A stretch of 64,000 bases of DNA, taken from positions 107,759 through 171,758 of the forward strand of contig CBDCBW010000002.1 in NCBI GenBank assembly GCA_965214485.1, given 5' to 3'. The translations under genes were made by a program, and so were the position numbers. Shown in pieces: positions 18,561 to 28,855 of this stretch; position 1 is the stretch's first letter, and each line of letters opens with the position of its first letter. Source of the DNA: Rhodothermales bacterium (GTDB taxonomy: Bacteria; Bacteroidota; Rhodothermia; Rhodothermales; JANQRZ01). The notes beneath the pieces were generated by a model. It was not told where the DNA came from, did not search any database, and saw nothing but the letters and a program-made list of their open reading frames with translations.

Positions 18561-18645
18561 GGCAGCAGGGTGATCGGAGCAGCTAAAACGGCGCGAGGCC
18601 TCTGGAGCACGCTCCGGAGGCCTCGTCCTCGGACACCTGCCCAAT

Positions 18646-21375
18646 CTAGCGCATGACGGTCAGCCGATGCGTTCGCACTGTCGCCTCCGTCGCCACCCGG
18701 ACGAAGTAGGTCCCCGTTGCCAGCGCACGCGCGTCCACTGAGAACGCGTGCGGCCCGGCGGCGACCGGCCCCTCGTGGAGCGTGGCTACCCGGCGGCCCA
18801 GCACGTCGAAGACTGCGACCGCCGCCTCAGTGTCCTGCTCGAAGACGAGACGCAGGGTGGCGCGGTCGCGCACCGGGTTCGGCGCGATGCTCTCCTGCAG
18901 GGTGGTCGTGGTCGCAGCTTGCGCCGCGCCTGCGACCGTCTCGCTCGTCCACACCGCGCCGCGCTGCACAGCCTCTCCTGAGACCGCATCGCGCACTGTC
19001 CACGGGCTCTCACCCGAGTCTCGGGGCAAGCCGAAGGTTCCTTGCGTCTTGGTCACGTCGAAACCGTCGGCGGGCGAGGCATTCTGCTCGTAGGCACCGA
19101 CGTAGACGCTGTAGCGGTAGGCACCGGCCGGCGCGCTCGCCGGGACCGTCTGCCGCACCGTGCGTTCAAGTGTAGATCCCGCTGCCACGGTCACGGTGAC
19201 CGGGCCGAGGAGCGGCCCGTAGGTGTTCCCGTTCGGCAGCGTCGCGGCGGTCCACACCTCGGTCGTGTGCGACTCGTCGTCCGGGTTGCTCAGCGCGAGG
19301 CGGAACATGATCTCGCCCCCCTTGACCCCAACGGTCGTCCGCGAGAGTGGCATGGCGACCATCTCCATCTCGGCTGGCGGCTCGGCCGGTGGCTCGGCCG
19401 GCGCGGAGTTGAACAGAAGCGACCAGCTGAGGAGCGTGCCCGTGTCGCCGGCTGCGCCGTCGCAGATGCGAAGCGTCCACGTTCCCCGCGGGTCGGTGCC
19501 GTTGAAACGGTCGGCGAGCGGCGTCTCGGGGTAGTGCGCTCCATTGGGGAGGACACCGGTGAGGTAGCTCGCCCCGCCGAGGTCGTGGTCTCCGTTGACC
19601 CAGGCCCACCATGCTCCCCCGCCCTCGTCCTCGAACAGGACGTCCACGTTGTCTCTGCTGGTGGAATACGCACCGATGAGCGGGAAGGCGTCGCCGGTCG
19701 GCGGAACGAGGTCGATCCGGACATCACCTCGCGTGGGGTGTTCGGCCGTCACGCCCACGCGGAGGCGCTCGATGTCGAACGAGTCCGTGATCTCGATGCT
19801 GCTCTCGGCTCCGCTCGGGCAGGCGGCGTCGGGGATCGGCTCCACCTCCTGAGCCGTGTAGATGCGCTCGGCGTCGAAAACACTATACGGCCGCCTGAGC
19901 CCGATAGGCTGCAAGAGGCTCGCGTGGTCAACAGACCCGAAGAGGTCGGCGTAGTTGTCGCCGTAGCCGTTGCCCGCGATGAACGTCGTCACGCGAACGT
20001 CGAAGGCGATCTCGGCTGCTCCGCCGGCCGGGATGTCGCCCGTCCACGTGACTGCCAGGGCGTCGCCTTGCGCGGTGCCCGAGGTCGCCGTGAGATTGCC
20101 CTCGTAGACGTGGATGTCGTCCCAGAAGGGGGTCTCGTAGGTCACGCCCTCGGCCGCCGCCGTGCCGCTGTTCGTGATGCGCGTCGTGAAGCGCACCACC
20201 TCGTGGCGGAGCGCAAAGTCGTTGCTGATGTCCATCGAGGCGTCAAGAGCTACGCTCTGCTCGACGACGGGGTCGAACGTCGCGGCGAAGAGCGTGTCGC
20301 CGGCGGCGTGGAGGAGCGCGTCGGTACCCGGGACGAAGGCGAGTGTGCTCGGCCCCGTGAAGGTGTTGTATTCGGTAGTGCCGAGATCATACTCGCCCGT
20401 CTCGACGCCGTCGGCGGCGCGGAGAAACTTCATCCGGTGCGCCGTATCGTCCCCCGAGCTGCCGGTCCGCCCCGTGAGGCGGACGGCGACGAACGCATCG
20501 TCGGGGGTGAGCACGGCCCGGGTGGTACCCGAGAGACCGGACGCGTTGGGGAAGTCGACGGACCGGGACCACCGAAGGTCGCCGTTCGCGGTGTCGAAGG
20601 CGTTGACGGCTTTGGCGAACCGGCCAACGGAGGCGACGACAAAGCCGTCGTCCGAGCTGAAGTCGATGGACGTGGGGTCCCCGAGATCGCTGGCCGGGAA
20701 CTCGAACGGGAGCGTCCGCACGAGCGTATTCGTCTCGGCGTCTACGAGGTGAACCGCGTCGTTGCTGCCGAGGCCGAGGAGGCCGCCGGTGTTGCCGTAC
20801 TCGGTGACGTCAACCGACCCGAACGCGCTCGTGCTCAGGACGAGGTCAAGGTCGGGCTCGAACACGAACAGGCCCGGGTAGCCGGAGCCCCCCGTCTCGC
20901 GCCCGACGGCCACGCGCTGCCCGTCCGGCCGCACGGCGACATCGTTCGTGTAATAGCCGGTGTCGACGCGCTGGAGCTGGTTGCCGTCGAGGTCCCAGTG
21001 GATGACATCGGTGAGCACGGAGCCACACCCGCCCATCGGCGAGCACACGGATTCGCTATGAACCGTGTAAAAGGTCTGGCCGTCGGGCGCATACTCGATG
21101 GCGACGATGCGACCGTAGTTGTCGAACGTCCCGACCGCGGGCGTGGCGACCGTGCGGATGAAGGCTCCCGTCGCGGCGTCGTGAAGCTGGATGTCGCGGG
21201 CGTTGTAGTAGTCCCCGGCGACGACGAGAAGCTGCGCCCCGTCGGGTGCCGGAGTGAACGTGCGAAGACCGGGAATGGACTGCTGCCAGAGGATGTCCCG
21301 GCCGTCCTGAGCCGATGAAACGGTGAAGCTCCCGAAGAGAAGGAGCCCAAGGAAGAGGCGTGAGAGGTAGGGCAT
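18646..21375 (-). CDS. Secreted multidomain protein (beta-propeller-like N-terminus, DUF11-like repeat, P-domain) with T9SS CTD
   Basis: Signal peptide [24 protein letters not shown]-domain [21 protein letters not shown]...[61 protein letters not shown]. Confidence 0.8.
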   Translation of the reverse strand: MPYLSRLFLGLLLFGSFTVSSAQDGRDILWQQSIPGLRTFTPAPDGAQLLVVAGDYYNARDIQLHDAATGAFIRTVATPAVGTFDNYGRIVAIEYAPDGQTFYTVHSESVCSPMGGCGSVLTDVIHWDLDGNQLQRVDTGYYTNDVAVRPDGQRVAVGRETGGSGYPGLFVFEPDLDLVLSTSAFGSVDVTEYGNTGGLLGLGSNDAVHLVDAETNTLVRTLPFEFPASDLGDPTSIDFSSDDGFVVASVGRFAKAVNAFDTANGDLRWSRSVDFPNASGLSGTTRAVLTPDDAFVAVRLTGRTGSSGDDTAHRMKFLRAADGVETGEYDLGTTEYNTFTGPSTLAFVPGTDALLHAAGDTLFAATFDPVVEQSVALDASMDISNDFALRHEVVRFTTRITNSGTAAAEGVTYETPFWDDIHVYEGNLTATSGTAQGDALAVTWTGDIPAGGAAEIAFDVRVTTFIAGNGYGDNYADLFGSVDHASLLQPIGLRRPYSVFDAERIYTAQEVEPIPDAACPSGAESSIEITDSFDIERLRVGVTAEHPTRGDVRIDLVPPTGDAFPLIGAYSTSRDNVDVLFEDEGGGAWWAWVNGDHDLGGASYLTGVLPNGAHYPETPLADRFNGTDPRGTWTLRICDGAAGDTGTLLSWSLLFNSAPAEPPAEPPAEMEMVAMPLSRTTVGVKGGEIMFRLALSNPDDESHTTEVWTAATLPNGNTYGPLLGPVTVTVAAGSTLERTVRQTVPASAPAGAYRYSVYVGAYEQNASPADGFDVTKTQGTFGLPRDSGESPWTVRDAVSGEAVQRGAVWTSETVAGAAQAATTTTLQESIAPNPVRDRATLRLVFEQDTEAAVAVFDVLGRRVATLHEGPVAAGPHAFSVDARALATGTYFVRVATEATVRTHRLTVMR

Positions 21376-21495
21376 GAGAGAGGAGCTGGTAGCGGGAAGG
21401 AGTCAAACCGCAGCATAGTACCCTTTCATCCCTCTGCCTTTCTCACGAAACCGTCACGTCTTTCTAAAATTGGACGGGGGTTGCCTCCCCCATCT

Positions 21496-21523
21496 GCAGC
21501 ATCAATACAGCAGCATCAATACA
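21496..21523. repeat. Perfect 14-bp tandem duplication (gcagcatcaataca x2) spanning the deaminase stop codon
   Basis: Read directly. The stop (tca on +) is at 21516-21518, inside the second copy. Confidence 0.9.
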
Positions 21524-21995
21524 ACCGCCCTTCGCTGACGGCAGTGAACAGGTCGAAGGCCTGCTGCGCCTCGTCGCGGAGCACGCCGCCCTCGACGGCG
21601 ACCGCCGCGCTGCCGAGCGCTTTCATCTGCTCGTTCGAAATCGGCAACTCGCGGAAGCCCGCCCGGGCGGCGTCCCCGATCGAGGTGCCGAAGACGATAC
21701 GGTCGCAGTTCGCCCAGTGGATCGCCGAGAAGCACATCGGGCACGGCTCGGTCGAGGAGTAGAGGGTGCAGCCCGAGAGGTCGATGGTTCCGAGTCGCTC
21801 GCAGGCCGTGCGCAGGGCGTGGACCTCGGCGTGGGCCGTGCTGTCGGTCGTCGCCCAGACCACGTTGTGGACGGCGCAGACGACTTCGCCCCGGCGGACG
21901 ACCACCGCGCCGAACGGGCTCTGCCCGGCGCGGACGCCCGCCTTCGCCTGCTCCACGGCGAGGCGCATGAACTCGAGGTCGGCGGCGTCGGCCAT
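21516..21995 (-). CDS. Nucleoside/guanine deaminase (CDA zinc-binding superfamily)
   Basis: HAEVHALR ... STEPCPMCFSAIHWA (the H-A-E / PCxxC zinc motifs). Confidence 0.85.
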   Translation of the reverse strand: MADAADLEFMRLAVEQAKAGVRAGQSPFGAVVVRRGEVVCAVHNVVWATTDSTAHAEVHALRTACERLGTIDLSGCTLYSSTEPCPMCFSAIHWANCDRIVFGTSIGDAARAGFRELPISNEQMKALGSAAVAVEGGVLRDEAQQAFDLFTAVSEGRLY

Positions 21996-21998
21996 GGG

Positions 21999-22742
21999 CT
22001 ATTCCAGCTCGAAGACGACGGTGACGGTGGCGCGGACGGTGATCTCGCCGGCGGCGTAGGCACCGGGGTTGGACTCCTGCCTCTCGTCCATCGCCATCTC
22101 GGCGCGGGCGTACATGACGGGCTGTGGGCGCGGGCTGTGCACCCCGCTCTCGGCGATGCGGACGACCCCGCCGAGCCGGGCACCGAGCGCCTCGGCCATG
22201 AGCTGCGCCTTCCGGCGGGCGCGCGCGACGGCCGCGCGGAGCGCCTCGTCCTCGACGGCCTCGCGGTTCTGCAGGCCGTACCGAATCCCGCCCAGCTCGT
22301 TAGCCCCCTGCTGCACCACCTCGGCCACCAAACCCGGCACGAGGTCGAGGTCTTCAATCGTCACCTTCACGTCGCGGCGAGCGATGAAGCCTTTGCGGAC
22401 GCGCTGGTTGTTGCGGTAGTCCCACTCCTCGTCGAGCCGGAGCGTGAGGAGCTGAATCTTGCGCTCGGCGATCCCCAGGGCGCGGACGGCGTTCATCGCG
22501 GACTCGGCGGCCTCCGCGTTCTCGCGCCGCGCGGCCTCCGCCGTCTCGGCCCGCGTCACGACGGCGAACTGCACCGCCGCCTCGTCCGGCTCCGCGTCCA
22601 CCGTGCCCTCGCCGCCGACGGTGACGGTGCGCTCATCCGGGGAGTGGAGGACCGGAGCATCGGGGGACTGGGCAGCCACGGGCGGGGCGAGGGCAGAGGG
22701 GAGAAAGAGGAGCGAGAGGAGAAAGAGCAGCGTGCGGTTCAT
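21999..22742 (-). CDS. SIMPL/DUF541 periplasmic protein
   Basis: Signal peptide. V.V.G.G.V...PD.A...F.V pattern. C-terminal GEITVRATVTVVFEL is typical of SIMPL. Confidence 0.75.
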   Translation of the reverse strand: MNRTLLFLLSLLFLPSALAPPVAAQSPDAPVLHSPDERTVTVGGEGTVDAEPDEAAVQFAVVTRAETAEAARRENAEAAESAMNAVRALGIAERKIQLLTLRLDEEWDYRNNQRVRKGFIARRDVKVTIEDLDLVPGLVAEVVQQGANELGGIRYGLQNREAVEDEALRAAVARARRKAQLMAEALGARLGGVVRIAESGVHSPRPQPVMYARAEMAMDERQESNPGAYAAGEITVRATVTVVFELE

Positions 22743-22970
22743 GGGACAACCTCAACGAAAGACGTGGGGGCGTGGCGTGCTACGCCCTTCAACGGCCAGG
22801 CACTCCGAAAAGGTACACCGCCTGCGACCACCACGCCGCCGCGTTCTGGGCAACCAAGAGTTCTGGACCAACAAGGAGGTGAAGGCGCTTCACGGAGGAC
22901 CGCGCAGCAGCGGCGCAGCCCATCCAGAGCGGACAGGCACCCTTTGTGGATGGGCTTCGCTGAGCCTTCG

Positions 22971-23181
22971 GGTTCCCGCCTGCGCGGGAATGACTATCAA
23001 GACTGTTGAGAGTGCAAGACTGTTGCTCGTGGGCGGACCCCCTGGCCGTCAGCCCTTCGCTCCGGGACGAGTCCCTGCGCTCAACGGGCCGACGACCTGT
23101 CCCCCTCGCTTGAGGGGGACAGCTTCCGCTGCTCGGAGCGGAGCGATGGCAGCGGAAGCGGGGGGTCGGCCTACGAGCAAC
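22971..23181. repeat. Cluster of REP/MITE-like hairpin elements
   Basis: ggttcccgcctgcgcgggaatgac (22971-22994) is the third copy of the 15.1-kb element. Imperfect 21-nt inverted ends gttgctcgtgggcggaccccc / ggggggtcggcctacgagcaac enclose gggacgagtccc and ctgtccccctcgcttgagggggacag hairpins. Confidence 0.75.
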
Positions 23182-23291
23182 CGTCCTCCACTCTAGGCCT
23201 CCTCGACTGAGACGACACGCGCCCGGCCGTTCCCCTCAGTCCTCTCCGGGGCTGCGTAGCGACCGGCCCGCCTCACACGGTGCTCCCCGCC

Positions 23292-24386
23292 TCAGACGAT
23301 GATCATCGCGTCGCCGAAGGAGAAGAGGCGGTACTCGTGCTCCACCGCCTCGCGGTAGGCGTGCATGATCAGCTCGCGGTCGGCGAAGGCCGAGACCAGC
23401 ATCAGCAGCGTCGACTTCGGCATGTGGAAGTTGGTCAGCAGCCGCTCGGTGATGCGGAACTCGTAGGGCGGGTAGATGAACTTGTCGGTCCAGCCCTGGC
23501 CCGTCTTGAGGCCGCCCGTCGCCGAGATGCTCGACTCGAGCGCGCGCACGCACGTCGTGCCGACGACGGTGACGGTGTTCGCCGGCGAGGCGAGGGCGCG
23601 GTTGACGGCGGCGCAGGGCTCGTCGGAGATGTGGAAGTTCTCCGAGTCCATCCGGTGCTTCGTCAGGTCCTCGACCTCGACCGGGCGGAAGGTCCCGAGG
23701 CCGATGTGGAGCGTGACCGGGCAGACGGAGACGCCTTTGGCTTCGAGGGCTCCGATGATCTCCGGGGTGAAGTGCAGCCCGGCGGTCGGCGCGGCGACGG
23801 CCCCGCGCTTCTGGGCGAACATCGTCTGGTAGCGGTCCTTGTCGGTCTCCTCGGCGTCGCGCTTGAGGTACGGCGGGATGGGCGTCGTCCCGATCTCGTC
23901 GATCTTGGCGTAGAGCTCGTCGCTGGTGCCGTCGAACAGGAACCGGATGGTCCGGCCGCGGCTCGTGGTGTTGTCGACGACCTCGGCGACGAGGCCGTTG
24001 TCGAAGTAGAGCTTGTTGCCGACGCGGATTTTGCGGGCCGGGTTGACGATCACGTCCCACAGCTGGCTCGCCGCGTTGAGCTCGCGCAGCAGGAAGACCT
24101 CGATGCGCGCGCCGGTCTTCTCCTTGTTGCCGTAGAGCCGCGCCGGGAAGACCTTCGTGTCGTTGACGACGAGCGCGTCGCCGTCGCCGAAGAAGTCTAC
24201 GATCTCGCGGAAGCTGTGGTGCTCCACCGTGCGCCGCTCGCGGTCGACGACCATCAGCCGGGCGCTGTCGCGCGGTTCAGCGGGGTATTTGGCAATGAGT
24301 CGCTTCGGATACTCGTAGTCGAAGTCCGAGAGCTTGAGCGAGAGCGTGGGGCGAAAGATGCGGGGTGCCGTAGCAACACTAGCCAT
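23292..24386 (-). CDS. queA: S-adenosylmethionine:tRNA ribosyltransferase-isomerase
   Basis: LSDFDYEYPKRLIAKYPAEPRDSARLMVV..ALVVNDTKVFPARL..LHFT..GLGTFRPV are QueA hallmarks. The ATG at 24386 is preferred to 24461. Confidence 0.9.
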   Translation of the reverse strand: MASVATAPRIFRPTLSLKLSDFDYEYPKRLIAKYPAEPRDSARLMVVDRERRTVEHHSFREIVDFFGDGDALVVNDTKVFPARLYGNKEKTGARIEVFLLRELNAASQLWDVIVNPARKIRVGNKLYFDNGLVAEVVDNTTSRGRTIRFLFDGTSDELYAKIDEIGTTPIPPYLKRDAEETDKDRYQTMFAQKRGAVAAPTAGLHFTPEIIGALEAKGVSVCPVTLHIGLGTFRPVEVEDLTKHRMDSENFHISDEPCAAVNRALASPANTVTVVGTTCVRALESSISATGGLKTGQGWTDKFIYPPYEFRITERLLTNFHMPKSTLLMLVSAFADRELIMHAYREAVEHEYRLFSFGDAMIIV

Positions 24387-24604
24387 GCGACAAAGGGGAG
24401 CCGGTGAATCGAGAGCGCGTGGGTGAGCGGGGTGGGTTTCACCGAACATGGTGGAGCGCATTGTGAGTCCTCCCCTGCCTCGTGCGCAATATACCCGCGT
24501 TCCCAGCCTGCGCCAACTCTCTTTCTACGGCTCTGCCGAGCAGGCCTGCCGAGCGAGCCGACGAGTGGCGGGGGCCGGGGCACCGAGCCGCCGGGCCGCG
24601 CCGG

Positions 24605-24874
24605 TCAGGCTGAGCGGGGCGGCTCGGGCGTGGCCTCGGGCTTCGGCTTGAGCGCCGGCGGCACGTCGGGGGGGTCGGACTCGAGCTGGTCGCGGAGCTT
24701 CTCGAGTTGCTCGCGCGCGACCTCGCGCCCGCCGATGCCGAAGGCGGCGGCGACCGCCACGGCCCCGAGCACGAGGCCGAAGGCGAGGTTGATGATCGAG
24801 TCGGCGATGCCCATCTGCCGGAGCGCCGTCGCGCCGGCGAGGACGAGGATCGCGACGCGCGCCGCGACGCGCAC
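24605..24874 (-). CDS. Small membrane protein resembling the terminal 'conserved TM helix' repeat of MscS-like proteins (possibly a gene remnant)
   Basis: GTG start, 89 aa, two hydrophobic helices, then GIGGREVAREQLEKL. No start codon lies further upstream in the open frame. Confidence 0.4.
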   Translation of the reverse strand: MRVAARVAILVLAGATALRQMGIADSIINLAFGLVLGAVAVAAAFGIGGREVAREQLEKLRDQLESDPPDVPPALKPKPEATPEPPRSA

Positions 24875-24962
24875 ACACCGGAGCCGCGTCTCGAAGGTAA
24901 GGGCCTCCTCCCAAAGGTGCCCGCCGCCGCTCTTTCGGTCGCCGCTCTCCGGCTTCTCTCGC

Positions 24963-25100
24963 TCAGCGCGCCGGGAGGACGCGCCCGCGCACCTCGCCGA
25001 AGCCGACGCGGTAGCCGTCGCCCTGCGCCCATCCCGTCACCAAGTCACCGCACTGGAGACAAGTCACCGTACTGGAGAAACGTGCCCTCCTGTCCGCCAC
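24963..25100 (-). pseudogene. Displaced 3' fragment of fumarylacetoacetase
   Basis: It ends in ..[28 protein letters not shown], the same 23 C-terminal residues as the intact fahA at 30281. The 53-bp core 24979-25031 is identical to 30297-30349. Upstream similarity decays and carries a 19-bp internal duplication (25041-25078). Confidence 0.8.
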
Positions 25101-25216
25101 GAAGCTGGGTCGGATCGTTACCAAATGGATAGTCCTTGACTTTCTGATCAATAATCCCTATGATATATGTTGCGCTTCGCGCACGCTATCCTTACCACCA
25201 CCAATCGGTAGACGTC

Positions 25217-28200
25217 ATGCGTACTCATACTTTAGCTCTCTCTCCCTTGATTTTATCACTCTTTGCAGGCACCGACCGCGTCGAGGCGCAGGACCGCCTC
25301 GCCCTCAAAGGCTCCGAGGTCCGCCTCGTCGACGACGTGTGGTACCACTTTGGCGAGGGTCATAAGGGCGATCCCATTTTGCCGGAGCGCCTCATCTTCC
25401 GCTTACAGGGAGACGCAGACCTGACCAAGACGTTGCTCGCACAACTTATAGGGACCGCCGGGGTCGAGTTGGAAGTGACGGCTCTACTCGGGGGTTATCA
25501 CGTCCTCCGCATCGACACGGCCGTCCGCGATCCATTCACGGTCGCTGCTGACCTCTCGGCGCACCGCCTGGTCGATTACGTGTCCTTCGATGGCCTCGGT
25601 CAGGCCTTAGATGCGGCTTCCACTCCTCCCTCTCCGCTGCGGAACGACCTCGCTATGACCGGAGGCCACGCTGAGGCTTCGACACAAGCGAACCCCTGCA
25701 CGAGTGGGTTCATCCCGAACGACACCTATTGGGGGTCCGGCGGAATCGGCAACTTCGGGCAGCTCAACCTCTGCGAGATTCGGATGCCCGAGGCGTGGGG
25801 CATCACGACCGGCGAGCCGAGCGTGGTCATCGGCATGGTGGACTCGCGCACCGACTACGAGCACGAGGACCTCGACGGTGGACGTTGGACCAATCCGCTG
25901 GAGACCCTCAACGGCGTGGACGACGGCGACGCCAACCTCTGCGTGGACGATACCGACGGGTGGGACTTCGGCAACCTCGTCAGCAGCGATGGATGTCGGG
26001 GCGACCGCAACCCCACGATCCTCGACGTGAGCGGGGATACCACCAGACAGGAGCACGGTACGGCTACGGCGGGCATCGCGCTGGCCCGGACGAACAACGG
26101 CAAGGGTATAGCGGGGGTCGCCGGTGGCGACGGCACGGCAGGCACCGGCGCTGCGTACATGCCCGTCGCCCTCTACTTCTACGATACGACTCCGCAGCAG
26201 CAGCCCTTCCCTGCGCTGTGCCCCAACCCCAACGACGGCCTCTGCCCGAGTGCGGTCTCGATGGCGCTGGCCATCGAATATGCCGCCGAGACGGGGGCCG
26301 ACGTGATCTCGGTCGCCGCCGGCTATCTGACGGATTACGCGTTCGTGGATGACGCCGTCGATTTCGCCGACGACGAAGGCGTACTCGTCGTGGCTGCGGC
26401 GGGGAACATCCGGTTCATCTGCTCCAACTACAACGACCCGCAACAGCAGAACGACCCGGCCTGCTACACCAACCGTTACGTCGCCTACCCAGCAGCGTAT
26501 AACACCGATTACGATGCGGTAATCTCGGTTGGCGCTGCGCTCCCGAACGACCAACGCTGGAACCGAGGCTCCGTCGGGGAAGGAACCAACGCGAGGGTGC
26601 TCGACGTCGTCGCCCCGGGCGGGAACGCCTCGGTGACGGATTTGCAGAACGGAACGCAGGATTTCATCGGTCCGGGTACGATCATCTCGACTGACCCGAC
26701 CGGTGCATTCGGAGAGAACGATCCCGGTGACTACCTTACGGCGACGACCGAGCGCTTCGGTGGCACGTCCGCTGCTGCGCCCCACGTCTCGGGGCTGGCC
26801 GCGCTCATCCTGTCGCTCAACGACAGCCTCACGCCGCAGCAGGTCCGCGACATCATCAAGGACACGGCGGACACAGCCGGATGTACGGTTTTCAGTCAGT
26901 TCCCGTCGCCGTCCGGCACTACGTACGCCGAGCAGTGCGGGAGCGGTCGGATCGACGCGTATGCCGCTCTCCGCTACACGCTCACGACCTACGGCGGCAC
27001 GCCGCAGGCGAACCTCACGATCCCGGCGGGCGAGACGTGGAACTTCGGGGCTGTCACCGCAGCTTTTGCCCCGGATGCACAACTCACCGTCGAGGGCGAA
27101 CTCAACGCCGACGGAACGACCTTCACGGCAGCGGACCCGGCACAGGGGTGGCGCGGCATTTTCTTCAAGCCCGGCTCTGACGGCTTCGTCGAGAACACCG
27201 TGATCGAGCAGGTGGGCGGTTATGGGCAGTATGCCCTCTCCATCTATGATGCTTCTCCTTCCATCCGCGAATCCGAAATCCGCAACAGCCTCACCCCTGG
27301 CTCCGTCACCGGGGTCCGCGTCTTCGGCAGTGCGGCGGACCCGTGGCTTTTCCAGAACCGGATATTAGGACATACCCACCGGGGGATCGTATTCAACAGT
27401 AAGGCGCGGGGGCGGATGTTCGGCGAGAATGTGATCTATGACAACGCGAGTGACGGCTTCGTCGCGGGCTTCGCTACCGACGTGTTCTTCTACGACGAGA
27501 ACCTCGTCGAGACCAACGGTGTGGCCGGCATTCGGGCCTTCTCCTCAGGTTACGTCACGCTTGGAGAGTATTACTACAACCAGTACGGCACGGCCTACGA
27601 CTTCAACGGCTACAACACCATCCGGGACAACCCCGGCGGCGGGCTGATGAGCTCGAACGCCGGGGACATCCTCGGCGCGGGCAACTCCTCAGCCGCCGGG
27701 CTCAATACGATCACGAACAACGGGACCGCAGGGAATACCCCTCCCGGCGGGTGGTTCGACGGCACCGGCCCCGACGCGAAGTCCGTCGGGGCCGGCTCGT
27801 CCGTCGTCGCCCGTTACAACTGGTGGGGCCGACCGGCGAACCCCGACACCACGAGCTATGACGGCGCGGCCTACACCGGGTACGTCACCGTAGACCCCAT
27901 GCTCACGGCACCGCCCGCAGCGAGCCGCCTGTCCTCGGGCACTGGAACCTCGCGGCAGCCCGGCATGCTCGCAGGACGCAGTCTGGACGGAACCGAGATC
28001 GGCATCGAAGATGAGGGTCCCCATGCGGCGCTCGTCGTGGCACTCGACGAGGTCGGTGCCCAGCGCTTCGAGGCGGCGCTCGCGCTCTTGGCGGCGCTCG
28101 CGGAGACCTATCCCGAGCATCCGCTCGCAGCGGTGGCGCTAAACCAAGCGGCGCACCTCGAAACAATGGCCGATAGCCCCGTGGCGGACGTGGGCAGCGT

Positions 28201-28855
28201 GCTCGACGCGGCGGCGGCGCACCCGAGCGCGCAGCACCGAATGTGGGCGCAGGCGGCGCTCGTGCGCTACCACACCGGGCGGAACGACACCGAAGCTGCA
28301 CTCGCGGCAGCGGACGTGCTGGCTGCCGAAGGCCGTGGCGACGATGCCACGCTCGGGCATACCGCGCAGTTCTACCTCTTGGCCGAGGCGGGACGGCTGG
28401 CCGAGGCTGAGGCGGCGCTGCTCGCGCTGGAGGCCGTCGCGCCGGACGAGATCGGGGCGGAACTGGCGCGGGCGCACTTCGCGTTCCTGAGCGACGAGCA
28501 GCAGAGCGGACGACCGCTGAGAGCGAGCGCATCGGAACCGACCGCTTCGGCTACATCGAGGGTGAATGCCTCGGAGAGCGTGTTCGCGCTCGGTCAGGCG
28601 TACCCGAACCCGTCGCGCTCGGGTGTGACGGTGCCGGTGTCGGTAGGTGAGGCGGGGCACCTCCGCCTCGTCGCCTTCAACGTGCTGGGCCGCGAGGTGG
28701 CCGTGCTGCTCGACGACCCGGTGGAGGCAGGCCGGCGCGCGGTGAGCTTCGACGGCGCGGGGCTGCCGAGTGGGACGTACCTCGTGCGGGCTACCTTCGA
28801 GACAGGTAAGGGAGCGAGCCATGTGGCAAGCCGCTCGCTGACGCTGCTGCGATGA
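25217..28855 (+). CDS. Subtilisin-like (S8) serine protease with beta-helix and TPR-like regions and T9SS CTD
   Basis: Signal peptide MRTHTLALSPLILSLFAG. Catalytic residues: Asp VVIGMVDSRTDYEHEDL, His HGTATAGIALA, Asn AAAGN, Ser GGTSAAAPHVSGLAALILS. CTD AYPNPSRSGVTVPV..FNVLGREVAVLL..GTYLVRA. Confidence 0.85.
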   Translation: MRTHTLALSPLILSLFAGTDRVEAQDRLALKGSEVRLVDDVWYHFGEGHKGDPILPERLIFRLQGDADLTKTLLAQLIGTAGVELEVTALLGGYHVLRIDTAVRDPFTVAADLSAHRLVDYVSFDGLGQALDAASTPPSPLRNDLAMTGGHAEASTQANPCTSGFIPNDTYWGSGGIGNFGQLNLCEIRMPEAWGITTGEPSVVIGMVDSRTDYEHEDLDGGRWTNPLETLNGVDDGDANLCVDDTDGWDFGNLVSSDGCRGDRNPTILDVSGDTTRQEHGTATAGIALARTNNGKGIAGVAGGDGTAGTGAAYMPVALYFYDTTPQQQPFPALCPNPNDGLCPSAVSMALAIEYAAETGADVISVAAGYLTDYAFVDDAVDFADDEGVLVVAAAGNIRFICSNYNDPQQQNDPACYTNRYVAYPAAYNTDYDAVISVGAALPNDQRWNRGSVGEGTNARVLDVVAPGGNASVTDLQNGTQDFIGPGTIISTDPTGAFGENDPGDYLTATTERFGGTSAAAPHVSGLAALILSLNDSLTPQQVRDIIKDTADTAGCTVFSQFPSPSGTTYAEQCGSGRIDAYAALRYTLTTYGGTPQANLTIPAGETWNFGAVTAAFAPDAQLTVEGELNADGTTFTAADPAQGWRGIFFKPGSDGFVENTVIEQVGGYGQYALSIYDASPSIRESEIRNSLTPGSVTGVRVFGSAADPWLFQNRILGHTHRGIVFNSKARGRMFGENVIYDNASDGFVAGFATDVFFYDENLVETNGVAGIRAFSSGYVTLGEYYYNQYGTAYDFNGYNTIRDNPGGGLMSSNAGDILGAGNSSAAGLNTITNNGTAGNTPPGGWFDGTGPDAKSVGAGSSVVARYNWWGRPANPDTTSYDGAAYTGYVTVDPMLTAPPAASRLSSGTGTSRQPGMLAGRSLDGTEIGIEDEGPHAALVVALDEVGAQRFEAALALLAALAETYPEHPLAAVALNQAAHLETMADSPVADVGSVLDAAAAHPSAQHRMWAQAALVRYHTGRNDTEAALAAADVLAAEGRGDDATLGHTAQFYLLAEAGRLAEAEAALLALEAVAPDEIGAELARAHFAFLSDEQQSGRPLRASASEPTASATSRVNASESVFALGQAYPNPSRSGVTVPVSVGEAGHLRLVAFNVLGREVAVLLDDPVEAGRRAVSFDGAGLPSGTYLVRATFETGKGASHVASRSLTLLR

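Noticed and set aside
24963-25151. A 62-aa ORF listed in the track as a possible gene.
   Set aside because: Its C-terminal 23 residues duplicate the fahA C-terminus, and the rest is a decayed continuation. It is interpreted as a displaced gene fragment, not an independent gene.
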